Source: a virus
IMG/VR virus record: IMGVR_UViG_3300035691_000003
Span: 1 to 64,000 of that record
Strand: one strand, 5' to 3'
Length of the DNA: 64,000 nucleotides
Shown piece by piece: positions 19,785 through 29,675 of the stretch. Numbering within the stretch: position 1 is the stretch's first letter; each line of letters begins with the position of its first letter. Under the pieces are notes generated by a model. The model was not told the DNA's origin. It saw only the letters and a program-made list of their open reading frames with translations, and made no database searches. The translations under genes and the position numbers were made by a program.

Positions 19785-20893
19785 GCGCAGTCTTAGACCA
19801 ACCAAAACCGCAAATCTTCGAGGCCGTCAACTACTTCGACAAGCGCGTGCTTGGCTCAAACGTGAAGCGCTGGGTTTGGTTTCCCGGTGACTTAATCGTC
19901 CCGGCGCGCAAGTCGGAAATCGACTGGCTGAAGGTGGGCGGCGAAGAAACCACCTCCCCCTGCCTGCAACGCTACGGGCGCGGGTTTGTACCGCGCGGAT
20001 TGGCGGCCCTACTGGAACTCGGCGGTGAGCCAATCCCTATGCGTCACCTCGGTGACTTGCAGGCCGTCGCGTGGCAGGGCATCCCACTCAACGAGAACGC
20101 AGTGAAGAACAACTTCGGCTTTGTGCCGGTCTACCCCGGTGACGGGTTGCGTGTGCTGCGCCGCTACTCACTCAACGATGGCGGCATTCGCAAAGGGCTG
20201 GACGAAGACACCGCGCTGGTGGGCAAGGAATGGGACGAGTGTCACAACGAAGAGAGCACCGGCATTCTCGACGTAATCGAACAGGCGATGTACGGCGATG
20301 GTATGTCCCCGACCCTTAGCGGACTGGAAGACCAGATTCGCTTCGCCCGCACCGACGATTCCCGCGTGGACCTCGGCAAGATGAAGGCCGACCGCCTGCG
20401 CATGTGCGACGAATTTCGTAACTGGGCCTCGCGCAAAATCGCCTACGAGCACGGGCTGCTCAAGTCCGGCACCGTGGCGATTGCTACCGATGCGGTGGGA
20501 GCAGTCGGCGGGTGGTCCTACTCCTACTCCCCTATCACCGAAATGCTGCTCCAGCAACTTGACATTCCCCGGCAGGATCAGCCGTTGCAGGAGATGGCCC
20601 GGATGGTAGCGCAGGTCAGTCAGCAGCCTGCCGCTCAGCCGCAAGGCATCACTGCCGTAGACATGGAAATCTTCGAGCGTAAGATGGATGAGCGGTTGGC
20701 AAAGGCACGGGAAGCAGACGCCGCGCGGATTGCTGAACTGGAGGCGCAACTGGCAGGCGGCGAGAAGTCCGACGACGCGCCCAAGACCTACACCTGCGAG
20801 CACTGCGGCGACGTGGTGAAGGCTACAGGCAAGGGCATTCATCTAGGCGTCCACTGCCGCGTGCTCCACCCGAAGACCGAAACAACCGAGTGA
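19781..20893 (+). CDS. Hypothetical protein with C-terminal C2H2-like finger
   Basis: CEHC...HLGVH motif; 370 aa. Confidence 0.75.
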   Translation: MSAVLDQPKPQIFEAVNYFDKRVLGSNVKRWVWFPGDLIVPARKSEIDWLKVGGEETTSPCLQRYGRGFVPRGLAALLELGGEPIPMRHLGDLQAVAWQGIPLNENAVKNNFGFVPVYPGDGLRVLRRYSLNDGGIRKGLDEDTALVGKEWDECHNEESTGILDVIEQAMYGDGMSPTLSGLEDQIRFARTDDSRVDLGKMKADRLRMCDEFRNWASRKIAYEHGLLKSGTVAIATDAVGAVGGWSYSYSPITEMLLQQLDIPRQDQPLQEMARMVAQVSQQPAAQPQGITAVDMEIFERKMDERLAKAREADAARIAELEAQLAGGEKSDDAPKTYTCEHCGDVVKATGKGIHLGVHCRVLHPKTETTE

Positions 20894-20901
20894 GGTGATG
20901 C

Positions 20902-21666
20902 GTGCCGACACTCCAGCAGATATGCACCAACGTCAGGCTTCTCGCTGACGATCCGCTTCCGCAGAAGCCTTCGCTGCGGCGCATTCTGCTGGCCGTCACG
21001 CAATCCACTCAGTCGCTCTACAATCAACTGGAGAACACCGGCGCGGCATGGTCCATTAAACCCGACTACACACTGGCCGTCAGCTCCGGCACCTCCGACT
21101 ACCTGCTCGCCGTTGACTCGTCCTACGGCAAGCCGATTCAGGTGCTCACCTACTACCCGTCTAATCAAGCCTACATCCAGCGCTACGTTGACTTCGTCGA
21201 GATGCAGGACTTGAACTTCGACTGGCCCTACCCGGTCAACATGGCGAACTATGTGCTGAACGATGGGTCGAACTGCACTGCCATGCGGATGGGGTTCTAC
21301 TATCGCGACGACGGCAGCCGCTGGGTGCGGGTGCTGCCACGTCCCCAACTAACCGCCAGCTATCTCATCACCTTCGCCGGGGGCAACTGGACAGAGAACG
21401 CCGGGATTGAGGACTCGCCGGTGCTGAGCCAGTTCCACCCGTTGGTGGAGTACTGGGCCACTGAGTCGGTGCTGCCTTCATGTCAATGGACCAACGACCA
21501 GCGGTACAACATGGACCATCGTAAGGAACTGGCTATGGCGCTGAAGAATGACGAGGCACGTATCGCCGACGAGTTTCAGCGCTACTGTCGCAGTCTCGTT
21601 GACGACCGCATGAGCCAACGGATGTCATCGCTGGACGGGACGATAGATTATGGAGGCTGGTGGTAG
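20902..21666 (+). CDS. Putative head-tail adaptor
   Basis: TLQQICTNVR start, VRVLPRP and LSQFHPLVEYWA resemble adaptor-family motifs; position. Confidence 0.6.
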   Translation: MPTLQQICTNVRLLADDPLPQKPSLRRILLAVTQSTQSLYNQLENTGAAWSIKPDYTLAVSSGTSDYLLAVDSSYGKPIQVLTYYPSNQAYIQRYVDFVEMQDLNFDWPYPVNMANYVLNDGSNCTAMRMGFYYRDDGSRWVRVLPRPQLTASYLITFAGGNWTENAGIEDSPVLSQFHPLVEYWATESVLPSCQWTNDQRYNMDHRKELAMALKNDEARIADEFQRYCRSLVDDRMSQRMSSLDGTIDYGGWW

Positions 21667-22407
21667 ATGTCGCTGACCTACAACGATGTGTTACGCCAGC
21701 TCGCCCTGACCACTAACTCGTTTGGTGGGGCAACCACTCCCTCGACGTTGAACTCCACCTACAACACCACTCCGCTGACGATTGCTAACTTCAACGTCGC
21801 GACTGGTTCGTCCATCTTCAGTTTCACCTTCCTCAAGGAGAAGTTGCTCAACGCGCAGGAGGGGTTGTTCATGGCGTTGGCTTCTACGTCAACCAACCCG
21901 TTGCGTGTGGCGATTGAATCACAGACCGCGTCTCTCGCCTACGGCGCGCAGATACTGACCAATGCTGCCGGTCTGCCGGTAGTGGGAGCCTACGGCACGG
22001 TCCGCGACGCGAGCAATAGCCAGCCGCTGACGCTAAATGAAATCGAAGACATCCGCATCCGAGTGCAGTCGTCGTGGATGGTGCTCAACGTCTATCAGTA
22101 CGCGATTGTTGGAGACCGTATCTACCCAACGCGACCGGGGGTGATAGTCGATGTCTGCGGTTATGAACGCCCTGACGCTGACGCCTTGGACCTGACCACC
22201 GAAATCCTGCTCCCCGACATCCTTGGCTCAGCGATGGTCCAGGGGGCAATAGCTGAGTGTTACCGGGACGACGAGTATCTCCAGCAGTCAGGCCGGGCGG
22301 CGGAGTTTTATCAGGCATGGATCACGGCTCTGCGCTCAGGCATGGCGCAGATTCAGCCGCAGAGCAATCCCACTCCTGACGCACAAACAGCTTACGCAAA
22401 GGCTTAA
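21667..22407 (+). CDS. Putative adaptor-like structural protein
   Basis: TYNDVL start, YAIVGDRIYP and LLPDIL motifs; coupled. Confidence 0.5.
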   Translation: MSLTYNDVLRQLALTTNSFGGATTPSTLNSTYNTTPLTIANFNVATGSSIFSFTFLKEKLLNAQEGLFMALASTSTNPLRVAIESQTASLAYGAQILTNAAGLPVVGAYGTVRDASNSQPLTLNEIEDIRIRVQSSWMVLNVYQYAIVGDRIYPTRPGVIVDVCGYERPDADALDLTTEILLPDILGSAMVQGAIAECYRDDEYLQQSGRAAEFYQAWITALRSGMAQIQPQSNPTPDAQTAYAKA

Positions 22408-22410
22408 CCA

Positions 22411-22974
22411 ATGACCTACCAGGAAATCTGCGACCGCATCCTCCTTGAAGCCCAGCGTGGCGGCGAGAAGGCGGAGCTTGCCAACCTGAACACCCAGTCG
22501 GTCATTGAAGCCATCATGCCCAGCGTGTTGCAGGAGGTGACGCAGAAGTACGCAAACGGTGACTCGAATCAGCAGTCGCTACTGCGGCAGACGCACACCA
22601 TCTCACTCACCAGCGGCATCGGCACCATTCCCAACGAGGTGATGACCACTCTCGTCTGGGGGTCAAATGTTTACATCGACGATGAACCGGACATCGGCCC
22701 ACTGATGTCCTACTCACCGTGGATTTCTTTCATCAACCCGGCCAGCGACTTACTCGGCTACTACTCGATTCGCGGCAGTAATGAATTCTACTGGGCCGAT
22801 CCCGGCGAGAGTTACCCCGACCTGACACGCACGTCGGATGTCTCGCTGACCATCGCTACGGTACTGACCATCCCTACTGACCCCGACATCGACACCGGCT
22901 GGGGCAGCGAACCGGAGAGCGACGTTATCGACCGCGCTGCCGAATACTTGAGAGGAGCGAAGATAGCCGCCTGA
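22411..22974 (+). CDS. Putative adaptor-like structural protein
   Basis: MTYQEICDRI start similar to the two preceding genes. Confidence 0.5.
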   Translation: MTYQEICDRILLEAQRGGEKAELANLNTQSVIEAIMPSVLQEVTQKYANGDSNQQSLLRQTHTISLTSGIGTIPNEVMTTLVWGSNVYIDDEPDIGPLMSYSPWISFINPASDLLGYYSIRGSNEFYWADPGESYPDLTRTSDVSLTIATVLTIPTDPDIDTGWGSEPESDVIDRAAEYLRGAKIAA

Positions 22975-24698
22975 TGGGGGAACAACTTCAGCCACGGACA
23001 GTTCACGGTGGGGCGTTCATCCCAACCACCCCGCGCTCCGGCAACCAGGGCGACACCATCTTTCGCGTCGAGTCGATGGCCCTGCGCGGACGCGACGACC
23101 ACCAGTACTGGGAAGTGATTGCCTCCGAGCGCGACCTAGACGAAGACTCACCGCTCGTCGCCCTCACCGGCACCATCGACCTCGTCGCCAACGACCCCAC
23201 CATCCTCGGCACTGGAACGCTGTTTCTCAGCGAACTACACATCGGTCAATTCGTCGTGGTGGTTGACGCTGCACCAACCCAGGTGCTGGTAGTCAAGCGC
23301 ATCGTCTCCGATACCGAGTATGAAGCCTGGCGCGCGCCGTCAGCCTCGCTTTCAGCACAAACCGGCTATCGTATGTCCATCCTCGACACCGTCAACCAGG
23401 ACCACTACACAATGCTCTGGGGCAGTCTGGTGCGATTGGACAAAGGTTCGCTATTGAGCGCAGGCAACGGGGTGGTAAGAATCAACGGTTCCGCTGTGCC
23501 GGGGATGTCGTTAAGTGCCACGCCGGAGCCGCAGATCAGCATCTATGATTCAGCCACGGGCAACTTCTCCAACTATACGATGGGAATGAACGAGCCAACC
23601 GCTCCCACTCTCGCGGCAGTCGGCGGCGGCACCAAGGGGATGCAGGGAGGCAACTACTCGCTCGTCATCACGCCCAACCGCACCGCCACACAAGGCTATA
23701 ACAACCCCTCCCTGCGCGCCGATGTAACCATCGCCACCGGCGACATGATCGCAATCACCTTTCCGGCAATGGACCTTGTCAACGGGCAGGACTCGTGGGG
23801 CGTGTGGGTGACGACCTTTGCCGACACGCTCGGCGCGGACCTCAATTATCTCAACGGCCCGTGGCACTTCTACGTCATTGTCGATTCCACGCAGGTTAGC
23901 TCAGCGGGCGGTACCTTCAACATCGAGTACTACGACGCGGAAGTCGAGGCGAATGAAATCGTCAGCTTCAACAACGACCCGCCGCCACAGGCCAGTGGTA
24001 TTGAACTGCTGAACTTCACCCCGGTCTGGTGGGGTGGGCGTGGACCATCGTACACCCGTGGGGCGACGACCACCGTTGACCCTGCCCCAGGCCCATTCAT
24101 CATGCCCGCCAAGCCGAACAACATCGAAGCGGCACCGGCGGACATCCAGTTCGCCTCGTCGCCACCGGAGACCCTCATCGGCGCGGTATCGGCACAGGGC
24201 CGCATCTACCTGCTGACCCCTAACCATCTGGAAATCGCCCAGGCTACCCCCGACCAGCGTGTGCCTATCATCATCCGGCCCTTCTGGAAGGATGGGTTCA
24301 GCAACCCGTACCAACTGGTCTTCGTCAACGGCAATCTCTACGGGTTCACGTTGGCCGGACCAACCCGCTCGGTGGGTGACGGAGACGAAATCGAAGCGGA
24401 GAAAGCCTGGGCCGGAGACGTGAGTGAAATCACCGACCCGTGGGCCATGCTGACCGCCGGACACGTGCTGGTGGGGTACTCGCCGTCGAAGGATGCCATC
24501 TGCTTCTTCCACGCGGCAGATGAGCTAAACACCGACGGTTTCTGGACCACCAAAATGCTGATGTACGGGCTGCCGCAACAGCAGTGGATTGGCGCGCGCA
24601 CCATCAGCCGCTCGGCTGCCGACTCAATCGTCAGCGGAGTGACGACCGTCGGTGAAAAGATGCTATTAACCATGGGAGGCCGGGTAGCGGCACCGTAG
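22974..24698 (+). CDS. Putative tail nozzle/DNA-stabilisation protein, N-terminal (beta-propeller-like) part
   Basis: Beta-rich 574 aa after adaptors; GMNEPTAPT motif. Confidence 0.55.
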   Translation: MGEQLQPRTVHGGAFIPTTPRSGNQGDTIFRVESMALRGRDDHQYWEVIASERDLDEDSPLVALTGTIDLVANDPTILGTGTLFLSELHIGQFVVVVDAAPTQVLVVKRIVSDTEYEAWRAPSASLSAQTGYRMSILDTVNQDHYTMLWGSLVRLDKGSLLSAGNGVVRINGSAVPGMSLSATPEPQISIYDSATGNFSNYTMGMNEPTAPTLAAVGGGTKGMQGGNYSLVITPNRTATQGYNNPSLRADVTIATGDMIAITFPAMDLVNGQDSWGVWVTTFADTLGADLNYLNGPWHFYVIVDSTQVSSAGGTFNIEYYDAEVEANEIVSFNNDPPPQASGIELLNFTPVWWGGRGPSYTRGATTTVDPAPGPFIMPAKPNNIEAAPADIQFASSPPETLIGAVSAQGRIYLLTPNHLEIAQATPDQRVPIIIRPFWKDGFSNPYQLVFVNGNLYGFTLAGPTRSVGDGDEIEAEKAWAGDVSEITDPWAMLTAGHVLVGYSPSKDAICFFHAADELNTDGFWTTKMLMYGLPQQQWIGARTISRSAADSIVSGVTTVGEKMLLTMGGRVAAP

Positions 24699-24712
24699 GA
24701 AGGACTGGAAAG

Positions 24713-25870
24713 ATGCTCTTATTCGTAGATTCAATGTCCCATTACACCGACTCGTTCCTGACGGCGAAGTGGGACGTGCGCGAAGTGGCGGCGGGATTTG
24801 GCGGCAGTGTGGTCCAGTCGCTGACCAGTGGGCGGTTTGGCGGTGGCGGCATCACCTTCGTCACTCCCACCTCCGGCCTGCTCAACGACCACGGCTACTA
24901 CATCCAGAAGAACTACAACGGCGTCTCGACGATTATTTGCGGGCTGGCGGTACTGCAAACCACCACGCAGGTAGTGCGCGGGGGACGGCTAGTGACCTTC
25001 CTCGATGGCTCTACGACCCAGGTAGCAATCAACATCCTGCAATCGGGCCAACTGGCTGCCTATCGAGCCACCACCGCCGGGACGGGATTCATCCTTGCCC
25101 CCAGTGGCAGCTCGCCGCAAATCACCACCCTCGGCACATCCGTCAGCGCCATCGCCTCGTCATCCTACGACTTTCTGGAAATCAAGGTGGTCCACCATCC
25201 AACTACCGGCTCCATCGAGGTGAAGCGCAACGGCGCAGCCTTCTGGACATTGAGCAATGTCAACACGGCTATCTCCGGCACTAACCAGTCGGCCTCGGTG
25301 ATTGTCGGCGGTTACACGTCACTCAACGGCGGTGTTGGCGCGAACCTCGCGCTACAGGCCGTCATCAGCGACTTCCACCTGCTCAACACCACCGCCAACG
25401 GCAGTGACCCCAACGACCCGGTAAACTTCATCGGCGACCGCCACTGGGAGGTAGTGGCCCCAACCACGGACTCGACCCCGCTCGACTGGACCATCACCGG
25501 CTCGGCCAGTCACTTTGCCAACGTCGATGAGATTCCACCCAACACAACCGACTACAATTCCACCAGCGTCTTGAACGATCAGGACGCGCTCCTCTACACC
25601 GACATTACCGGCCCGGCGGCGGCAACGGTGCTGCTGAGTTATACGATGTATCTAGAGAAGGACACTGGCGGAGCGGTGGGGGTGAGCGGCCTGATGGTCT
25701 CCCCGGCAGGTGGGGCAGGGACGATTGGCAATGGCACGGAGTTCCAGGTGCCGAACCCCTTTGCCTTCCGGCAATCGTTTCTCTGTACTGACCCCGCCGC
25801 ACCCGGTACTGACGCGCTGACGGTGGCGACGGTCAACGCCGGGGCGCATGGCTACGAACGCACGAGCTAA
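24713..25870 (+). CDS. Beta-rich virion appendage protein (lectin-like)
   Basis: MLLFVDSMSHY start, FLEIKV...GSIEVKRNG, G/T/S-rich. Confidence 0.55.
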   Translation: MLLFVDSMSHYTDSFLTAKWDVREVAAGFGGSVVQSLTSGRFGGGGITFVTPTSGLLNDHGYYIQKNYNGVSTIICGLAVLQTTTQVVRGGRLVTFLDGSTTQVAINILQSGQLAAYRATTAGTGFILAPSGSSPQITTLGTSVSAIASSSYDFLEIKVVHHPTTGSIEVKRNGAAFWTLSNVNTAISGTNQSASVIVGGYTSLNGGVGANLALQAVISDFHLLNTTANGSDPNDPVNFIGDRHWEVVAPTTDSTPLDWTITGSASHFANVDEIPPNTTDYNSTSVLNDQDALLYTDITGPAAATVLLSYTMYLEKDTGGAVGVSGLMVSPAGGAGTIGNGTEFQVPNPFAFRQSFLCTDPAAPGTDALTVATVNAGAHGYERTS

Positions 25871-25875
25871 TAGAT

Positions 25876-26490
25876 GTGGCAGACACTTCTTCCATCTCGC
25901 AGGCGATTGTCGAAGCGGCGGCAGATGACGCGACGACATCCGTCTCTCAGGCAGTGGTGGAGGCAGGTGTTGACGATGCTGCGACTAATACCAGTCAGGC
26001 GGTACTGGAAGCGGCTGCCGCTGACGCCACTGTTTCCGTCAGTCAGGTCGTCATTGAGTTTTCGTTAGGAGAAGAAATACCGCCATCGCCGCCAGAGCCA
26101 ATAACCGGGACATTTGCGTTCGACGAAGGCGGAGGCGTGGAGTGGTGGATCGTGCCACAACTGACGGATAGCGGGGTGGAATTGAGAGACAAGGTGATTA
26201 AAGCCGTGCGAGTGACGGGGTTAGTAACCAGCGCCAATGTCAAGGTCTACACCTACGGCCCCAGCGACCCGGTAGTGGTGGCTGATTTGGAGGACGGGAC
26301 GAACTCGGTGACAGGTGCAGTATCACTGCCCAACACCACCAACGTGGCTCAGTCGCCCCGGCTGCCGGTCGATTGTAAGAACGCCATGCTTAGTACCGTG
26401 CGGGTGGCTGGCACTTGGGACGGCACCAATCCGCGCAATCGTATTGATGAGATTCTCTACGAGTTGGCCCGACAGGGGGTGCGACGATGA
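25876..26490 (+). CDS. Protein with four 16-aa SQAxVEA repeats fused to a nozzle-type C-terminal domain
   Basis: SQAIVEA/SQAVVEA/SQAVLEA/SQVVIEF repeats, then WWIVPQLTDSG...DKVIKAVRV. Confidence 0.55.
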   Translation: MADTSSISQAIVEAAADDATTSVSQAVVEAGVDDAATNTSQAVLEAAAADATVSVSQVVIEFSLGEEIPPSPPEPITGTFAFDEGGGVEWWIVPQLTDSGVELRDKVIKAVRVTGLVTSANVKVYTYGPSDPVVVADLEDGTNSVTGAVSLPNTTNVAQSPRLPVDCKNAMLSTVRVAGTWDGTNPRNRIDEILYELARQGVRR

Positions 26491-26813
26491 TCCGCTTTCA
26501 TATCACCAAGGATGACGCAACCTCCACCACCGACTGGCAGGAAGAACCCCTGCGCAGCGGCTCCTCGGCAACTGCCATGGTGCGGATGGCGGAACTGCGT
26601 GCGACACATGGACCAGCGGCACGTATTAGCATTGAACGTGATATTGTCCCGCCGCGCGCGCCGCAAGAGTGGGTCAGGTTCAGCGTGAAGGAGAAGGATG
26701 GGGCGATCAGGTTCAGCAACTCGGTACTGAAGTCGCAGGCGGACGAGTTCGAGGCAGAGATTCGCCGCGATTATCCCAAGGCGGAAATCGCCCGGCAGGA
26801 GTGGACGGTATAG
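26487..26813 (+). CDS. Hypothetical protein
   Basis: ATGA-coupled 108 aa ORF. Confidence 0.7.
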   Translation: MIRFHITKDDATSTTDWQEEPLRSGSSATAMVRMAELRATHGPAARISIERDIVPPRAPQEWVRFSVKEKDGAIRFSNSVLKSQADEFEAEIRRDYPKAEIARQEWTV

Positions 26814-27410
26814 ATGGCTTACGACCTCTACAACGTAGACCTCGACCCAAACACAATCTACTACAACGTCTACTCCTCGACGCTGGTTCAGCCAACCATC
26901 ACCACCAACATCAGCGGCGACGTAATTACCATCACCACCATCAACGGTGGTGGCGGTGGTCAAGCGACAGGGCCGCAAATCACCATCAGCGGCGGCTTGA
27001 CGGGTATGAACTTTGTCGCCAGCGGCAATACCATCGCACTGGAAGGGACGTTGATTATCGCCAACGGCGGCACCGGGGCAACCACCGCAGCAGGCGCGCG
27101 CACTAACCTCGGCCTCGGAACAATCGCCACACAGGATGCCAGCAACGTCACCATCACCGGCGGCTCCATTACCGGCATTACTGACCTGGCTATCGCAGAC
27201 GGCGGCACTGGGGCTTCAACTGCCGCAGCGGCGCGCACGAATCTTAGCGTCCCACGAATCCATACCGCAGCGGTTGCTCCCGCCGTAACCGACGACGGAG
27301 CGGCAGGTTTTCCCACTGGAACACTCTGGGTGGATACCGCGCTGGACGACGCCTATATCTCGGTCGATGACGCCACAGGCGCGGCGGTCTGGAAGAAGAT
27401 AACGCCATGA
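26814..27410 (+). CDS. Tail fibre-like protein
   Basis: Repeated IA(N/D)GGTGA(T/S)TAA(G/A)ARTNL fibre motif; APAVTDD...G..W C-terminal motif. Confidence 0.75.
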   Translation: MAYDLYNVDLDPNTIYYNVYSSTLVQPTITTNISGDVITITTINGGGGGQATGPQITISGGLTGMNFVASGNTIALEGTLIIANGGTGATTAAGARTNLGLGTIATQDASNVTITGGSITGITDLAIADGGTGASTAAAARTNLSVPRIHTAAVAPAVTDDGAAGFPTGTLWVDTALDDAYISVDDATGAAVWKKITP

Positions 27411-27901
27411 TGCGACGGCTGGGTATCAACGATGCTGACGTACTGCGCGAGGCGTGGGGCTGGGACGAAGGCCGCCCGGCGTGGTACAGGCAGGCTGACC
27501 GGGTGTTTAATCGCGGGACAGTGGGGGATTTCGTCGCTCAACTGGCCGACACCCAGCGCGTCTTTCTCGGCGTGTGGGGCGAGCGATTAGAAGCGGTCAT
27601 CTTGGCCCACCACCACGGGAGCGGCATCGTCGAGGGCCATCTACTCGCTCGACGCCAAGCCGACACAGCCCTGATTGCCGTAGCAGGCCGACACATCATC
27701 TACGAGCTTCTTGACTACGGCTTGACCCACGCTATCGTCTGGGTGGCAGAAAGAAACATTGGCGTGCGGCGGCTCTGTGTTAATATCGGCCTTGAACCGG
27801 ACGGCGTGGTAATGTGGCGCGGTTCGTACCACGGGCGGGTAATCAAATGGGTCAGACATTCGATTCGACGTAAGCAGTTACTAATGGACGTAGCAGCCTG
27901 A
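27407..27901 (+). CDS. GNAT-like acetyltransferase (virion module)
   Basis: VAERNIGVRRLCVNIGLEPDG matches GNAT motif B; typical position before pilot protein. Confidence 0.65.
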   Translation: MMRRLGINDADVLREAWGWDEGRPAWYRQADRVFNRGTVGDFVAQLADTQRVFLGVWGERLEAVILAHHHGSGIVEGHLLARRQADTALIAVAGRHIIYELLDYGLTHAIVWVAERNIGVRRLCVNIGLEPDGVVMWRGSYHGRVIKWVRHSIRRKQLLMDVAA

Positions 27902-27911
27902 GTCCCCTGAG

Positions 27912-28406
27912 ATGCCAAAGAACACCAGCAACACCACCACTTCCGGCTCCACCAGCCAGCAATACGGCAACACTGCCACCTACGGGCAGATCCAACCCGA
28001 ATCGAACAAGTATATTGATGAGTTTGCGAACTTCCGGCCCCAGACCGATCCGACGATAGGGTTCCGCGCCGGGGACGCGAAGCGGCGGTTGGCGTCGCAG
28101 TTTGCCAACCCAACCGGCGGCTTCATCACTCCCGCCATGCGCGACGCAATCATGCGCTCCGAAAGCCGGGGTATCGATCAGGATGCCGCGCAACAGTTCC
28201 GCGCCGGGACTTACGACACCAACCAGCAACGAATGGGCCAGCTTGGCTCACTGGCAGCGTTGATGGCCCCGAGACTCGTGCAGACCGGCTCATCGGGCAC
28301 GTCCAGCGGAACGTCCAGCGGCACGCAGAACACTGAAGCGGGAAGAAACCTGTTTGGCAACATACTCGACGTAGGCATGGGAGCCGCGTCGATGGCGCTG
28401 ATGTAG
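27912..28406 (+). CDS. Putative DNA pilot/small ejection protein
   Basis: S/T/Q-rich with Gly/Ala hydrophobic C-terminus, after GNAT gene. Confidence 0.55.
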   Translation: MPKNTSNTTTSGSTSQQYGNTATYGQIQPESNKYIDEFANFRPQTDPTIGFRAGDAKRRLASQFANPTGGFITPAMRDAIMRSESRGIDQDAAQQFRAGTYDTNQQRMGQLGSLAALMAPRLVQTGSSGTSSGTSSGTQNTEAGRNLFGNILDVGMGAASMALM

Positions 28407-28409
28407 GCG

Positions 28410-29063
28410 ATGCTCAACCTGCCACAAATCATTGGTGAAGTGCTTGACGCAGCGCGCAACCCGGCACTGCTCTGCTCCTTCGGCAGCGACTCGACGCTAC
28501 TCCTGCACTTCGCCCGACAGGTGAAACGCGACATCCCCGTCTACTACTTCGGCGATTCACTTCCCAGGCTCGCGCAACAACTGGTCATCGACGACGACCT
28601 GATGGTGCTGGGTTACGCTCCCGCTGATCGTTATCTCGTGCCGCAAGGTGACGGAGTAGCACTCGTCGAGGAATACGACATCAACGGGCAGCGGGTGCCG
28701 ATGGTGTCGCCAGTGAAGGTTTCACGGGAAACATGTACAGCAGAGAGTAGCTGGGGGCACACTCCATCCTTCCACTTCCCCCACGACATCGTTCTCTGGG
28801 GTTATAAGCGCACCGACCGCCACCCGCTCATTCCCGCCACTTTCGCGCGTGAAATCCAACTGGGCCATACGAAGTTTGTCGCCCCACTGTACGATTTAAC
28901 CGACCAGCAGGTGGGTGATGCACTTACAGCCCTCGGCCTCGACTACGTGCGTGAGGATGCAGCGGAGTTCTGCGATGAGTGCCTGAACTCGATAATCAAC
29001 AGCAACTGGGACAGAGACGCGGCCTTAGCGGGTTTCCGCAGCCGATTCCACTTCAGTAACTAA
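28410..29063 (+). CDS. PAPS-reductase/PP-loop family-like protein (degenerate)
   Basis: CSFGSDSTLLLH (SxGxDS loop), WGYKRTD, PLYDLTDQQV. Confidence 0.65.
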   Translation: MLNLPQIIGEVLDAARNPALLCSFGSDSTLLLHFARQVKRDIPVYYFGDSLPRLAQQLVIDDDLMVLGYAPADRYLVPQGDGVALVEEYDINGQRVPMVSPVKVSRETCTAESSWGHTPSFHFPHDIVLWGYKRTDRHPLIPATFAREIQLGHTKFVAPLYDLTDQQVGDALTALGLDYVREDAAEFCDECLNSIINSNWDRDAALAGFRSRFHFSN

Positions 29064-29075
29064 AGGAGACTCGCA

Positions 29076-29666
29076 ATGTCGATTGACAACATTACCCGGC
29101 AGGCCATCACCAAGAACGTCAGCTCGGCCTATACGGCGCAGTTGGAAGACAACCAGATCATCGGCGACTGCACCAGCGCGGGCTTTACCGTGACGCTCTA
29201 CCAGGTTGACGACGGAGCAATTCATCGGCTGATTGTAGCGGTTGACCCTGCCGACTCTTCGGGTAACACGCTGACCATCACCGACGGCACCTTTTCGACG
29301 ACTTTGAGCGCGGCAGGCGCGGCAGTCACATTGGAAACGCAATATGACGGCAGTTGGATGATTGTCGGTGAGTACCCGGTGACCAGCACGGCAACCGCGA
29401 CATCCTCGGCGACATCCGCCGGGCTGGCAGCATCGGTGGCGGATTCTGCGGCTGTCTCCGCAGCGGCAGGTGGCACCGGAGCCTCCACCGCAACCTCGGT
29501 GGCAACGTCGCAGAACACGACCCAGAGCACAACCATCTCGCAGAACCTGTCCACCACCAATAGCGCAGTTCTCAGTGGCGTGTCAGGGACGGCGAGCGTG
29601 GCAACTTCGCAAAATGTTTCCCAGAGCGCAACCGTGAGCGTGGCGCAGAGCACGGCAGCGAGCTAA
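29076..29666 (+). CDS. Structural protein with Ser/Thr/Ala-rich tail
   Basis: AAGGAG RBS; N-terminal AYT...DN..I motif like 17950/18349; C-terminal SVATSQN repeats. Confidence 0.7.
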   Translation: MSIDNITRQAITKNVSSAYTAQLEDNQIIGDCTSAGFTVTLYQVDDGAIHRLIVAVDPADSSGNTLTITDGTFSTTLSAAGAAVTLETQYDGSWMIVGEYPVTSTATATSSATSAGLAASVADSAAVSAAAGGTGASTATSVATSQNTTQSTTISQNLSTTNSAVLSGVSGTASVATSQNVSQSATVSVAQSTAAS

Positions 29667-29675
29667 AGCAACCGA

